The translations under genes and the position numbers were made by a program. A stretch of 64,000 bases of DNA from a virus (taxonomy: Duplodnaviria; Caudoviricetes): the IMG/VR virus record IMGVR_UViG_2740891848_000001, positions 1 through 64,000 of that record. One strand, given 5' to 3'. This document shows positions 55,271 to 64,000 of the stretch, one piece after another. Each line of letters begins with the position of its first letter. Position 1 is the stretch's first letter. Under the pieces are notes generated by a model. It was not told where the DNA came from and ran no database searches. It was given only the letters and a program-made list of their open reading frames with translations.

Positions 55271-55307
55271 AGGTTCTTTTCAGCACTAAAAAGTTCCTTG
55301 CTGCACC

Positions 55308-55340
55308 AAGCCACACGACTGTAAAGTCGTGTGGCTTTTT
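55308..55340 (+). terminator. intrinsic terminator after tail tube gene
   Basis: AAGCCACACGAC-TGTAAA-GTCGTGTGGCTTTTT. Confidence 0.85.
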
Positions 55341-55358
55341 CATTGGATCACCACCACC

Positions 55359-55796
55359 ATGACCACCACCATTCAAAAACGCCAAGCGCCTGACCCGCGC
55401 TTCAAAGTCAAGGTCAACGGCGAAGAGCGTACACTTTTCATGTCGTTCGGCTTGCTCAACGAGATCTGTCGCGCGATCGGCGGTCTCGAAGCCGCCATCC
55501 AGATCCCGGTCGACAACGAACTGCGCGACTATAGCCTGCTGGCTGTGCTCTCGACGCGTGACGCAGAAGGGCACGTCGCGGAAGGCGGCGCTATCAACCT
55601 GCGCACTCTCGACATCGCAATCGACGATGTCGAAGAACTGCTGGCGTGGATCACCGATCACGTCACTGATTTTTTTCTGCGGACGATGGAGAGAGTCGTC
55701 ACGGGTCAGAGAAAGAACGAAGAGCGGTTCCTGGCTCTCGCGAAAAACAAAAAGCCGGAAGACTCACAGCCTACACCGACTGGTTCCGCGGCCTAA
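55359..55796 (+). CDS. tail assembly chaperone (gpG-like)
   Basis: Between tail tube and tape measure; contains slippery runs. Confidence 0.75.
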   Translation: MTTTIQKRQAPDPRFKVKVNGEERTLFMSFGLLNEICRAIGGLEAAIQIPVDNELRDYSLLAVLSTRDAEGHVAEGGAINLRTLDIAIDDVEELLAWITDHVTDFFLRTMERVVTGQRKNEERFLALAKNKKPEDSQPTPTGSAA

Positions 55797-56083
55797 GCTT
55801 CCTGGAGGGGCTGTGCTGGTCGTTCGACGTGGTCCCCTCCGAAGCCACGGGAATTATCTGGAAGTACACCCGCGAGGACATTAAAATTCGCACACGGCTG
55901 CGTTTGGGTGAAGCTCAAGCGCAGCACATGCAGGAATATCAGACGTTCGCTACCCTTCTCTCCGGAGTCCTCGGCACGAAAGAGGATGATTCAAGTCCCG
56001 AATCGGACGCTTCATCCTCAGGAGTACCTAGTAACTTCGCGGATGCGCAGCGTCAACTCGCAGCAGTCTTCGGGAAATCATAG
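55748..56083 (+). CDS. tail assembly chaperone extension (gpT-like, reached by -1 frameshift)
   Basis: -1 frame is open from at least 55670 to the stop at 56083. Confidence 0.65.
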   Translation, partial: QKAGRLTAYTDWFRGLSFLEGLCWSFDVVPSEATGIIWKYTREDIKIRTRLRLGEAQAQHMQEYQTFATLLSGVLGTKEDDSSPESDASSSGVPSNFADAQRQLAAVFGKS

Positions 56084-56085
56084 GC

Positions 56086-59000
56086 ATGGCCAATCAAGAG
56101 CAGGTTAAGAACTTTGAAGTGGGCCTTGGCCCCACCGAAGATACCCTTCGGCAGTTTTCACAGCTGAAGGATGTGTTGGGTGTTATCTATAATCAGTTGA
56201 CCAAGGTGAAGGCCGCTGCCGCTGAGATCCAGATCGGCGGCGTCGGCGCGCGCGGACCCAACGACCCTGCTCTTTCCCAACAGCTCGCTGCCTTGCAGGC
56301 CGAGCTGCGCACGCTCCTCGGCTCCGTCCGCTCGGGTGGCCCGAACGCCCAACTGAACTCTGCCATAATCTCTGGCCAGCAGCAGCAGAAGCAATTCTCT
56401 GACGGACGCCTCGACCTCGAAAGCGCGCGTGTCGCGAATGCCCAGGCTGAGCGCCGTGTGATGCTCGCGAAGCAGGAAAACATCGCTGCTGAAGCGAAGC
56501 GCCAGTATGCCGCCGAAGAGATCGGCATGACACGCGAGATCGAGCAGGTAACACTGCGCGTCGCCGCCGCGCAGCGTTCGCTCACGCAGGCCAGACTCGA
56601 GGAGGACCGAGTAGCGGAAGCCACATCGAAGCGCACCATCCGCGACTCGCAGCAACGCCTGCAACAGATCCGCGATGAGTTGGAGCTACGCGAGCGCGGC
56701 GCGAAGGTGCGGCTCGGTAACACGCTCGATGCGGGAGGTGATGCCTCGGCAGCGCAAACCCAGCTGAAAGCTGTGCAGGACGCCCGAGCAGCGCTGTCTG
56801 GGTCCATCCGTAACGCGGCCGGCGCGATCCGACTGGCTGAAGGCGAGGCCAACCGTGCGCTCACCCAGCGAACGGCGCCGGTCAACACCGCCCAAAATGC
56901 GGCTGTCCGCGAGGATCGCCGCCGCGACTATGAGAAGGAGCTGGCCGCGGCCGATGTCGGCCCACCGGTCGACCTCTACTACAAGGAGCTTCAGCGCCAA
57001 TCCAAGGCTCGTGAAGCTGCCGCCGCGCAGGCTCGCAAGGAAGAGCAGGCTGCGTTCGACCGCACGCAAAACCTGATTCGACCGGCACAGTACGAAGACG
57101 TGAAACGTCAGCAGGAAGCCGAGCGTCTAGCCGCCCAGATCGGCCCGCCTGTTGACCTTTTCTACAAAGAGCTTCAACGCAAGGTCGCCCAACTCGAAGC
57201 TGCCTCGCAGAAAGCCGCACGCGAAGCGCAGGCCATCTTCAATCGGCAGCAGAGCCTGATCCGGCCCGCGCAGTTGGAGGACCAGAGACGCCAGGCTGAA
57301 GCCGAACAGTTGGCTGCTCAGATCGGCCCACCCATCGAACTCTTCTACAAAGAGCTTCAGAAGCGCAACGCCGAGATGCAACGGACGATTGCCAAGGCCG
57401 AGGAAGAGCGCAAGAAGCAGGAAGAAGCGTTCAACCGCGCAGGCGCGAAGATCGGCCCCGACCGTGCGACCCTCCTCCGTTTGCGCGACCAGCAGATGGC
57501 CAAGGAGCAGCAGCAGCAGGAATCGAACTCCGACACCCGCCAGCGCCGGCATGACCTGACGCTCGGCGATGGGGGCGCTTCCATCGCCATGACTCAGGCC
57601 GCGCTGACCACGAACTACTTCGTGACGCAGGGCATCGTCAACGCTTTCAAGTCGGCCATCCAGTTCACGGTCGAGTATGAGGAAGCGCTTGCGCACCTGA
57701 AGACCATCGCGGGTGCTACCGAAGGTCAGATGTCCTCGCTGGAAGGCACCATCGAGGGCGTCTCGAACATTACGCGCTACGGTGCGGTTGATCTGACGAA
57801 AGCAGCCGCAGCCCTGTCGGAGACTGGCGTCACGGTCGGCCAGATGGGTGTCGCGCTCAAGGGCGTCGCCGACCTAGCTACCGCAACTGGCGAAGACTTC
57901 AATAAGACGGTAGACACCGTCACGGGGGCACTCGGCGCGTTCAAGCTGTCGGCGACCGACACGGTCGACATCACGAACATGATCGCCCAAGCGGTCAATT
58001 CGTCACGCTTGACGATGGACAAGCTGAAAACGTCTATCGAAACGGCGGGCGAAACCGCAAGCGAAGCGGGTGTCTCGTTCAAGGAAATGCTGGCCGCCAA
58101 CGTGGCCATCACGAATACCGGCACGGCCTCGGGTGCCACCCTCGGTGGTGGCTTGCGCTCGCTGCTGACCGACCTCGAAAAGCCGAGTGACAAGTTCAAG
58201 GCTACGCTCGAACGCGTCGGCCTGACCGAAGACGACATCAACGTCAAGACGCAAGGGCTGTATGGCGCGATGTCGAACCTGCATGACGCTGGCTTCGATG
58301 CAGCAGACGCCATGCAGTCGTTCGACGCCCGCGCCGCGTCAGCGTATACCGCCCTCTCGGGCAACCTGAAGGCATTCGCGGAATTCGAAACCGGCCTGAA
58401 CTCCACTGACGCCGCCGCGCGCGCCAACGCCGACCAGATGAAGACGCTCGGCGCGCAATACGACCGCTTCAAGAACCAGACGAGCCTGCTGGTGGGCGAA
58501 GGCTTCAAACCCCTGCTCGACGGCTTCAAGGAGGTCGTGTCGATCACGGCCGACGCCGAGACCGGCATCCGGAACATGAGCGGCGTCGTAGAAACCGCTG
58601 GCACGGTCTTAGGTGGCACCGCCATTGCCTTGGGCACGCAGTACGTAGGCAAGCTCGGGGGCGGTCTCGTCGGCCTCGCTACGGGAGGTTTCGCGGCTGC
58701 TGAGGGCATGGCAGCAATCGGCGCGTCCCTCGGTCTATGGGTGGGCGTCGCTGCTGCTGCCGCCGCTGGTGTCGCGTATCTGATCAATCGGCTCGGTGAC
58801 TCGAAGAAAGCTTTCGAGGAACAAATGACCGCCGTCAACACAGCCAAGGACACGCTCACCGAATCCAAGCAAGCCTACGACAGCGTCGGCACGACAATCG
58901 AAACGTTGACCAGCAAGATGGATGCGCTTAACAAGCATCCGGAGATGTTGAAGCGCGAGATCGACGATGTCGGCAAGCAGTTTGAAAAGTACGGCGAACA

Positions 59001-62000
59001 GTTGGACAAGAGTGTCATCCAAAAGACTGAAGACCTAATCACGGTCCTCAAAAAGCTGCACGATCAGCTCGGCCAGAAGTACGAACTGAACACTGTGATG
59101 CTCGGCCAGCAGCTCGATCTGATGACGGTGCAAGCCCAGCAGAAGGTTCAGGAAACGAACTCGCAGTTCGGTCGCAACGCCTTCAATGGCCCGATGAACG
59201 CGATCGACCGGGTGCGCCCTGCTCGATCTGGGGAATACGTCGAAGGCACAGTCGGGGGGCTACTGGAAAGCGACTCACAGTTCAACATTTTGCCGAACGG
59301 TCGGCGTTCGAAAGGCTTTGCTGACCTCGGCACCGGCCTGACTTCGGACAACATCGACTCCTTCGTCAAGCTCCTCGGTGACGTGGGGGTTAAGGATCTC
59401 GACAAGATCACGGCTGGCTTCAAGGCCGCGCTCAACCCCAACGCAACGGCAGATGTCGGAAACGACCCCGAGAAGGCGCAGGCCTACCTGAACTTGCTCG
59501 CCCAAGCCAACACAGGCCTGACCGCTGCCCAGATCAACCTCGGGCAGCAGCGCAATGCGGTTGGCACCGACGACGCCACCAAGCAGCGCATCGACGCACT
59601 GGTGCAGATCTTCGGCAATGCAGCGAACGAGCTGAAGAAGTCCGTCGAGGCAGGGCAGACACTTGCCGGAAACCTGAGCCAGAAGAAAGTCACAGCCGCT
59701 GATGTCGCCAACATCCAGTACGAGAACAGCAACCCCGGCGCGCTGGCTCGACGCGCGGGTGTCGAACAGGTCATCCAGCGCTCCGTTGCGATGCGTACTA
59801 CTGGTCTCAGCAGCAACCGGGGTATCGACGACATCTGGGCTGCGCAGATCCAGGCTGAGAGCCGTGGGCAGCAGTTCGACGCCAACGGCAACGTCCTGAC
59901 CTCCAGCAAAGGCGCAATGGGCGTCGCTCAAGTCCGTCTTCCGACTGGTCCAGAAGCCGCCCGCTTGGCCAACGAGAAGTGGGACGAGAACAAGTTCCGC
60001 AATGACGCCTCGTACAACGAGAAGCTGGGCAAGGCATACATGTCGCATATGCTCGACCTGTATGGCGGCAACAACACGCTGGCACTGGCGGCGTACAACT
60101 GGGGGCAAGGCAACGTCAACAACCTGCTCGCGCAGAAGAACAAAGACGGAACGACAAACGACTTCCGGATTTTGTCGAACAACCTGACCGAGACCGACTT
60201 CATCGACAAGCTGCCGAAGGAGACGCGCAACTATATCGCGCGTATCGGTGGTAGCGGCGCTGGCAACCTTGGTCGCTTCGATCGTCTGAACAGCAGCATT
60301 GAGGTCGCCTCGCAGGTCAGGGACTTGAACGACCTGGTCCAGAGCCTGACCGCGCAGCGCGACGCCAGCAAGGGCAACGCTCCGGAGACGGCCTCCGTCG
60401 AGAAACAGCTGGTCGCCGCGAAGAACGAGCTGGCAGCGTGGGAAAAACGCTTCGACGACGCGCGTGTGTCGGCCGCGCCGGCATTAAAGAAGGCATCGTC
60501 TGCCGACGAAGCGGCGCTGAACGCGCACATCAAGGCGCTGAACGGCCAGATCGGCAATTCCCGAGACATCGACGAGGTCAAGGCGATCAACGACCAGGCC
60601 GACAAGACTATCGAGGCGGTGTACGGCCGGAAGATAGACACGTTGCGTTCGATCAGCCCTCGGGTCAAGACCGCAGACGGTACGCTCGACTATACCTCTG
60701 AGGTTCGCCAGCAGATCGAATCGCTCCAGAACGAGCGCGACGAGAAGATCAAGGCTCAGGACGAAGCCGTCAAGAAGCACATCGAGTCGATCAAGGACGC
60801 GCTGGACAAGGCTGAGCTGAAGAAGAACCTCGAAGCCGAGGCTCAGCAGTTCAAGGACGAGATGTCGGACCTGAAGAACCGACAAGCTGCGGAGTCTACG
60901 ACGCACAGCATCTCGCTGAAGCAGGCCGAGCAGCCGTTGAAGAACGATCAGGCTCAAGCGTCATACATGTCCGATCCCCGCTACTCGGCGCGTTTCAGCC
61001 AGGTGCAACGCACCGCCCTGTCGTTCCAGACAGCAGCCGACACCGACCTGAAAGATCAAGCCACTCTGGCCGAAGACCGCCGTCACCAACTGCAACTTCA
61101 GGCTGAAGAGGAGCAGGCACGTTCCGCGTTCTCACGCACTGGCTCCAAGCTGACGGATCGTCAGGACGCGCTGGCCAAATCGAGCGACGACAAAGAGCAA
61201 GCTCGTATTCAGCAGCAAATCAACCAGTTGCTTGACGAGCAACGCTCGCAGGAAGAAAAGGTTACCGCAGCGTCCGACAAGCGCAAGAAGAACGCCGAAA
61301 CTATCCTGGAGCTGGAAGAGAAGATCAAGTCCAAGAACGCTCAGCCTATGAGCCTGATGGACGGCATCAACGCCGCGAACTCGAACTTCATGCAACAGCA
61401 TGACCTGATGGCCAACGCAATCGACGGCTACAACAGCATGCTCGGCACGGCCCAAAACTCGTTCGCGCAGTTTTTCGACAGCATCGCAACCGGCTCACGA
61501 ACGGCCGGCCAGGCGATCGGCGACTTCGCACGCTCGTTCCTGAAGGCAATGTTGCAGATCCTCGAACAGCAGGCCGCGCTTGCTGCCGTGAAAGCGATCA
61601 TCTCTGCGTTCGGAGGAGCCTTTGGCAGCTCGGGACAGGCTGCTGGCACCACCTCTGGTACGAACGCCTATGGCTTCACCATGCCGGCCGGCTCGATCCA
61701 AGGCGGCTCGGTCAGCACAACCGGCCTGGTTACCCGCAGCGGCGGCATCTCGCGCTTCATTGGTGGCGGCTCGGTCCCTGGCTCGATCACGACCCGCGAC
61801 TCGGTCAACGCGTTCCTTCGCCCCGGCGAATACGTGATGAACAAGGACGCCACCGACATGGTCGGCACGGACTTCCTCGACGGCCTGAACTCGAAGGGCA
61901 ACCGGATGATCTCGAAGAGCACACCGGCTCCATTGCCGAAACGGGATACGAAGCCTTCGTTCACGAACGTCTGGGTCGTCGCTCCGGATCAGAAGCCGCA

Positions 62001-62097
62001 AATGGGGCCGAGCGACGTGGTTGCGATTATGAGCGACGACATCATGCGCGGCGGAACGACGAAACAACTGATCAAGCAAGTGGCAATGGGTGCTTAA
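56086..62097 (+). CDS. tape measure protein with lytic transglycosylase domain
   Basis: 2003 aa, Ala/Gln-rich; TP901-like core; SLT motifs ESRG...SSKGAMGVAQ, YNWGQGNV and ETRNYI near 59830-60250. Confidence 0.92.
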   Translation: MANQEQVKNFEVGLGPTEDTLRQFSQLKDVLGVIYNQLTKVKAAAAEIQIGGVGARGPNDPALSQQLAALQAELRTLLGSVRSGGPNAQLNSAIISGQQQQKQFSDGRLDLESARVANAQAERRVMLAKQENIAAEAKRQYAAEEIGMTREIEQVTLRVAAAQRSLTQARLEEDRVAEATSKRTIRDSQQRLQQIRDELELRERGAKVRLGNTLDAGGDASAAQTQLKAVQDARAALSGSIRNAAGAIRLAEGEANRALTQRTAPVNTAQNAAVREDRRRDYEKELAAADVGPPVDLYYKELQRQSKAREAAAAQARKEEQAAFDRTQNLIRPAQYEDVKRQQEAERLAAQIGPPVDLFYKELQRKVAQLEAASQKAAREAQAIFNRQQSLIRPAQLEDQRRQAEAEQLAAQIGPPIELFYKELQKRNAEMQRTIAKAEEERKKQEEAFNRAGAKIGPDRATLLRLRDQQMAKEQQQQESNSDTRQRRHDLTLGDGGASIAMTQAALTTNYFVTQGIVNAFKSAIQFTVEYEEALAHLKTIAGATEGQMSSLEGTIEGVSNITRYGAVDLTKAAAALSETGVTVGQMGVALKGVADLATATGEDFNKTVDTVTGALGAFKLSATDTVDITNMIAQAVNSSRLTMDKLKTSIETAGETASEAGVSFKEMLAANVAITNTGTASGATLGGGLRSLLTDLEKPSDKFKATLERVGLTEDDINVKTQGLYGAMSNLHDAGFDAADAMQSFDARAASAYTALSGNLKAFAEFETGLNSTDAAARANADQMKTLGAQYDRFKNQTSLLVGEGFKPLLDGFKEVVSITADAETGIRNMSGVVETAGTVLGGTAIALGTQYVGKLGGGLVGLATGGFAAAEGMAAIGASLGLWVGVAAAAAAGVAYLINRLGDSKKAFEEQMTAVNTAKDTLTESKQAYDSVGTTIETLTSKMDALNKHPEMLKREIDDVGKQFEKYGEQLDKSVIQKTEDLITVLKKLHDQLGQKYELNTVMLGQQLDLMTVQAQQKVQETNSQFGRNAFNGPMNAIDRVRPARSGEYVEGTVGGLLESDSQFNILPNGRRSKGFADLGTGLTSDNIDSFVKLLGDVGVKDLDKITAGFKAALNPNATADVGNDPEKAQAYLNLLAQANTGLTAAQINLGQQRNAVGTDDATKQRIDALVQIFGNAANELKKSVEAGQTLAGNLSQKKVTAADVANIQYENSNPGALARRAGVEQVIQRSVAMRTTGLSSNRGIDDIWAAQIQAESRGQQFDANGNVLTSSKGAMGVAQVRLPTGPEAARLANEKWDENKFRNDASYNEKLGKAYMSHMLDLYGGNNTLALAAYNWGQGNVNNLLAQKNKDGTTNDFRILSNNLTETDFIDKLPKETRNYIARIGGSGAGNLGRFDRLNSSIEVASQVRDLNDLVQSLTAQRDASKGNAPETASVEKQLVAAKNELAAWEKRFDDARVSAAPALKKASSADEAALNAHIKALNGQIGNSRDIDEVKAINDQADKTIEAVYGRKIDTLRSISPRVKTADGTLDYTSEVRQQIESLQNERDEKIKAQDEAVKKHIESIKDALDKAELKKNLEAEAQQFKDEMSDLKNRQAAESTTHSISLKQAEQPLKNDQAQASYMSDPRYSARFSQVQRTALSFQTAADTDLKDQATLAEDRRHQLQLQAEEEQARSAFSRTGSKLTDRQDALAKSSDDKEQARIQQQINQLLDEQRSQEEKVTAASDKRKKNAETILELEEKIKSKNAQPMSLMDGINAANSNFMQQHDLMANAIDGYNSMLGTAQNSFAQFFDSIATGSRTAGQAIGDFARSFLKAMLQILEQQAALAAVKAIISAFGGAFGSSGQAAGTTSGTNAYGFTMPAGSIQGGSVSTTGLVTRSGGISRFIGGGSVPGSITTRDSVNAFLRPGEYVMNKDATDMVGTDFLDGLNSKGNRMISKSTPAPLPKRDTKPSFTNVWVVAPDQKPQMGPSDVVAIMSDDIMRGGTTKQLIKQVAMGA

Positions 62098-62492
62098 TGA
62101 CCGCGACACTACCTACCTTTGACTTCCCGAACCACATGGTTCGGGAAACCTACCCAGATCCGGGGACAACCATCCAACTGGGGAACTCGTATCGCTTTGC
62201 GACGCCACCAACGGCTCCGGATCAGCGTGTCTTCACGTTGAGCTTCCAGTCAATGTGGCGCGGCATCAAAGCGGACGGCACGATTGACACCACCACCTTC
62301 TCGGAGAACAACGCAGGTCGTCTCCTGGTGTTTTACGAAGCCCACAAGCTACACAAGACCTTCCAGTACCAACACAACTGGTTGGGTCTGCTCAACGTTC
62401 GCTTCGACAAGCCGCTTGATCTGCCTAACCCGATTAAGGGCGGCGACGGCTGGACCGAAGACTTCTCAGTCGAATTCATCGAGATGCCATGA
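62097..62492 (+). CDS. distal tail protein (lambda gpM-like)
   Basis: 131 aa directly after the tape measure. Confidence 0.65.
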   Translation: MTATLPTFDFPNHMVRETYPDPGTTIQLGNSYRFATPPTAPDQRVFTLSFQSMWRGIKADGTIDTTTFSENNAGRLLVFYEAHKLHKTFQYQHNWLGLLNVRFDKPLDLPNPIKGGDGWTEDFSVEFIEMP

Positions 62493-62983
62493 TTGAGAAC
62501 CTTCCAGCCACCCATGTAGCAGAGGCCTATGAACTTGACGCCGACGCGAAGATTGATCTGTTCAAGATCTCTTTGAATCAGCTATCGGGGAGCACCATTG
62601 TCTGTATGACAGCGAAGAAAGACGTTGCGTGGCAAGGGATGACCTTTGAGTCGATCCCTATCTCGCTCTCCGGCGAAGGCGTCAATACGACCGGAGAGTG
62701 GAAACGCCCTAAGCTCTCTATCGCCAACCCTGACGGAGTGTGGTCATCCTTCGTTATGCAAGGAAAGATGGATGGTGCGCAGATCACGCGCTACCGCGTC
62801 TCGCTGACCGACCTGAACAGCAATGCAGGTATCTATCAATTGAACACCTGGCGTGTGTCGAAGCCTTTGCAGCTGGACAAGAGGCTTGCGGTCTTCGAGC
62901 TGCGCTCTCCACTCGACGGTCAACAGTTCTTGCTGCCCGGTCGTGCCTTCTATCCCCCGGAGTACCCACATGTCTCTCTATGA
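62489..62983 (+). CDS. minor tail protein (lambda gpL-like)
   Basis: W.G..F..IPI..SG...RPKLSIAN...FEL.SPLD...LPGR pattern. Confidence 0.75.
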   Translation: MIENLPATHVAEAYELDADAKIDLFKISLNQLSGSTIVCMTAKKDVAWQGMTFESIPISLSGEGVNTTGEWKRPKLSIANPDGVWSSFVMQGKMDGAQITRYRVSLTDLNSNAGIYQLNTWRVSKPLQLDKRLAVFELRSPLDGQQFLLPGRAFYPPEYPHVSL

Positions 62984-63488
62984 CAAGTTCACGAAGGGCT
63001 ACGAGGACATCCCGTATGTGGTCGGCAAAGACGACTGCTACGGACTCGTGCGCCGCTGGATGAAAGACAAATTCGACCTGAACTTGACGAACTACGCACG
63101 CCCCTTCGGATTTGACGACTTGGGCCTGAACCTGTTGACGGATTACTTCAACCGGGAAGGTTTTCAGATCGTCAGTGTCCCGTTCAACAAACTGGAGATC
63201 GGTGATCTGTTGCTGATGCGACTGGCCAATCGGAGCGGCTTTCCAAACCACATCGGCATTTATGTCGGGAACGGTTACCTGCTCCATCACTTGTTCACCT
63301 ACAAGTCGAAGGCTGACCCACTGACGAAGCAGTGGACATCGCGAGTGATCGACGTGATTCGCCATCCTGATGTCACAGACAAGAACAAAGAGCTGGTCGA
63401 GAAAGTAGACCTGATGAACTTCCTTCCCCCGCACTTGAAGGCGCGCTATGAACGAATTGCTGCTGGCACATTGGAACCCACACGTTGA
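62970..63488 (+). CDS. NlpC/P60 tail assembly protein (gpK C-terminal-like)
   Basis: DCYGLVR and NHIGIYVGNGYLLHH motifs. Confidence 0.85.
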   Translation: MSLYDKFTKGYEDIPYVVGKDDCYGLVRRWMKDKFDLNLTNYARPFGFDDLGLNLLTDYFNREGFQIVSVPFNKLEIGDLLLMRLANRSGFPNHIGIYVGNGYLLHHLFTYKSKADPLTKQWTSRVIDVIRHPDVTDKNKELVEKVDLMNFLPPHLKARYERIAAGTLEPTR

Positions 63489-63807
63489 GCGCTGTGGTTT
63501 CGTCCTGAAAGACGGGTCTGTCGTGGAGTGTCCCAACGTCCACAACAACCCCGAGAAATTCTTTGAAATCAGCGAGGAGTCCATCGGACAATACCGGGAC
63601 CGCGTGGTAGCCACATGGCACACGCACCCCGTGACCGGGCCGAACCTATCGGCTGAGGACTACAGAGCATTTCAGGCCTACCCTGACTGGTTCCACTACA
63701 TCGTCAGTGAACACGAGGTCTGGTGCTTTTACGTCCGTAACAAGGCGGTGATTCTCGTCGATGAAAACGATCTATCTGCATGGCTCCCTGAAGGAGCGAC
63801 ACCCTGA
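63448..63807 (+). CDS. JAB/MPN-domain tail assembly protein (gpK N-terminal-like)
   Basis: ERCG, WHTHP...LSAED JAMM motif. Confidence 0.85.
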   Translation: MNELLLAHWNPHVERCGFVLKDGSVVECPNVHNNPEKFFEISEESIGQYRDRVVATWHTHPVTGPNLSAEDYRAFQAYPDWFHYIVSEHEVWCFYVRNKAVILVDENDLSAWLPEGATP

Positions 63808-64000
63808 TCCGATCCGCGTTCACGCGCAGACCGTTGCCGAGGCGCTAAGCGCCCTTCGGCAACTCCCTGGCTTTGATGTCGAGAACCCGGTCCCGGTCAA
63901 GGTCAAAGGGTTCGACTGCCGCGATGCATTGTTTTCACCGACCGATGAAACCGAGTTGCACGTCTACCCACCTCTCTCGGGCGGCGGCGGCAACGGTGGG
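63761..64000 (+). CDS. tail assembly protein I (lambda gpI-like, ubiquitin fold), truncated by window end
   Basis: MKTIYLHGSL...TVAEAL..L...HVYPPLSGGGG. Confidence 0.75.
   Translation, partial: MKTIYLHGSLKERHPDPIRVHAQTVAEALSALRQLPGFDVENPVPVKVKGFDCRDALFSPTDETELHVYPPLSGGGGNGG

Larger units (their letters stand above)
543..64000. mobile_element. integrated temperate siphovirus-like prophage (right end outside window)
   Basis: Integrase next to a disrupted host gene start, followed by phage replication, early, terminase, portal, capsid, tail and tape-measure genes in coherent order. Confidence 0.95.

Noticed and set aside
62097-64000. JAB plus ubiquitin-like pair as a bacterial ubiquitination defence system
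   Set aside because: Order gpM-gpL-NlpC-JAB-gpI is the standard lambda-like tail tip module

Overview
The window is almost entirely one large integrated siphovirus-type prophage (about 543 to beyond 64000), probably in a Burkholderiales host (inferred from GC content and protein style). It appears to be inserted in the first codons of an exodeoxyribonuclease III gene (remnant MKIATWNVN at 543-569). Gene order: tyrosine integrase; a likely defence cassette (ParA-like ATPase + HEPN RNase, AlbA_2/Schlafen protein); a leftward replication and nucleotide module (ThyX-like, MazG-like, SbcCD-like, DEDD exonuclease, RecU-like resolvase, ATP-dependent ligase, family A polymerase, 5'-3' exonuclease, SSB-like, SF2 helicase); an IS21 element; about 35 small leftward early genes (including ArdA and a RelE-type toxin-antitoxin pair); a control region; a primase-helicase; and rightward packaging, head and tail genes. 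The main candidate novelty is an ORF-free unit of about 165 nt at 41451-41615, with its own sigma70 promoter and terminator. Its hairpin loops (GUGGUGGUG, UGGCCAG, UUGAUCCAUUGU) are complementary to three motif classes (CACCACCAC, CUGGCC, GGAUCAA) found just upstream of the start codons of more than 20 phage genes in every module. This suggests a phage-wide sRNA translational control system, and the target motifs resemble the 16S rRNA 3' end. Two palindromic operator families and an apparently inactive HNH-AP2 gene occupy the place where a CI repressor would normally be. All functional claims are predictions made by eye from the sequence.
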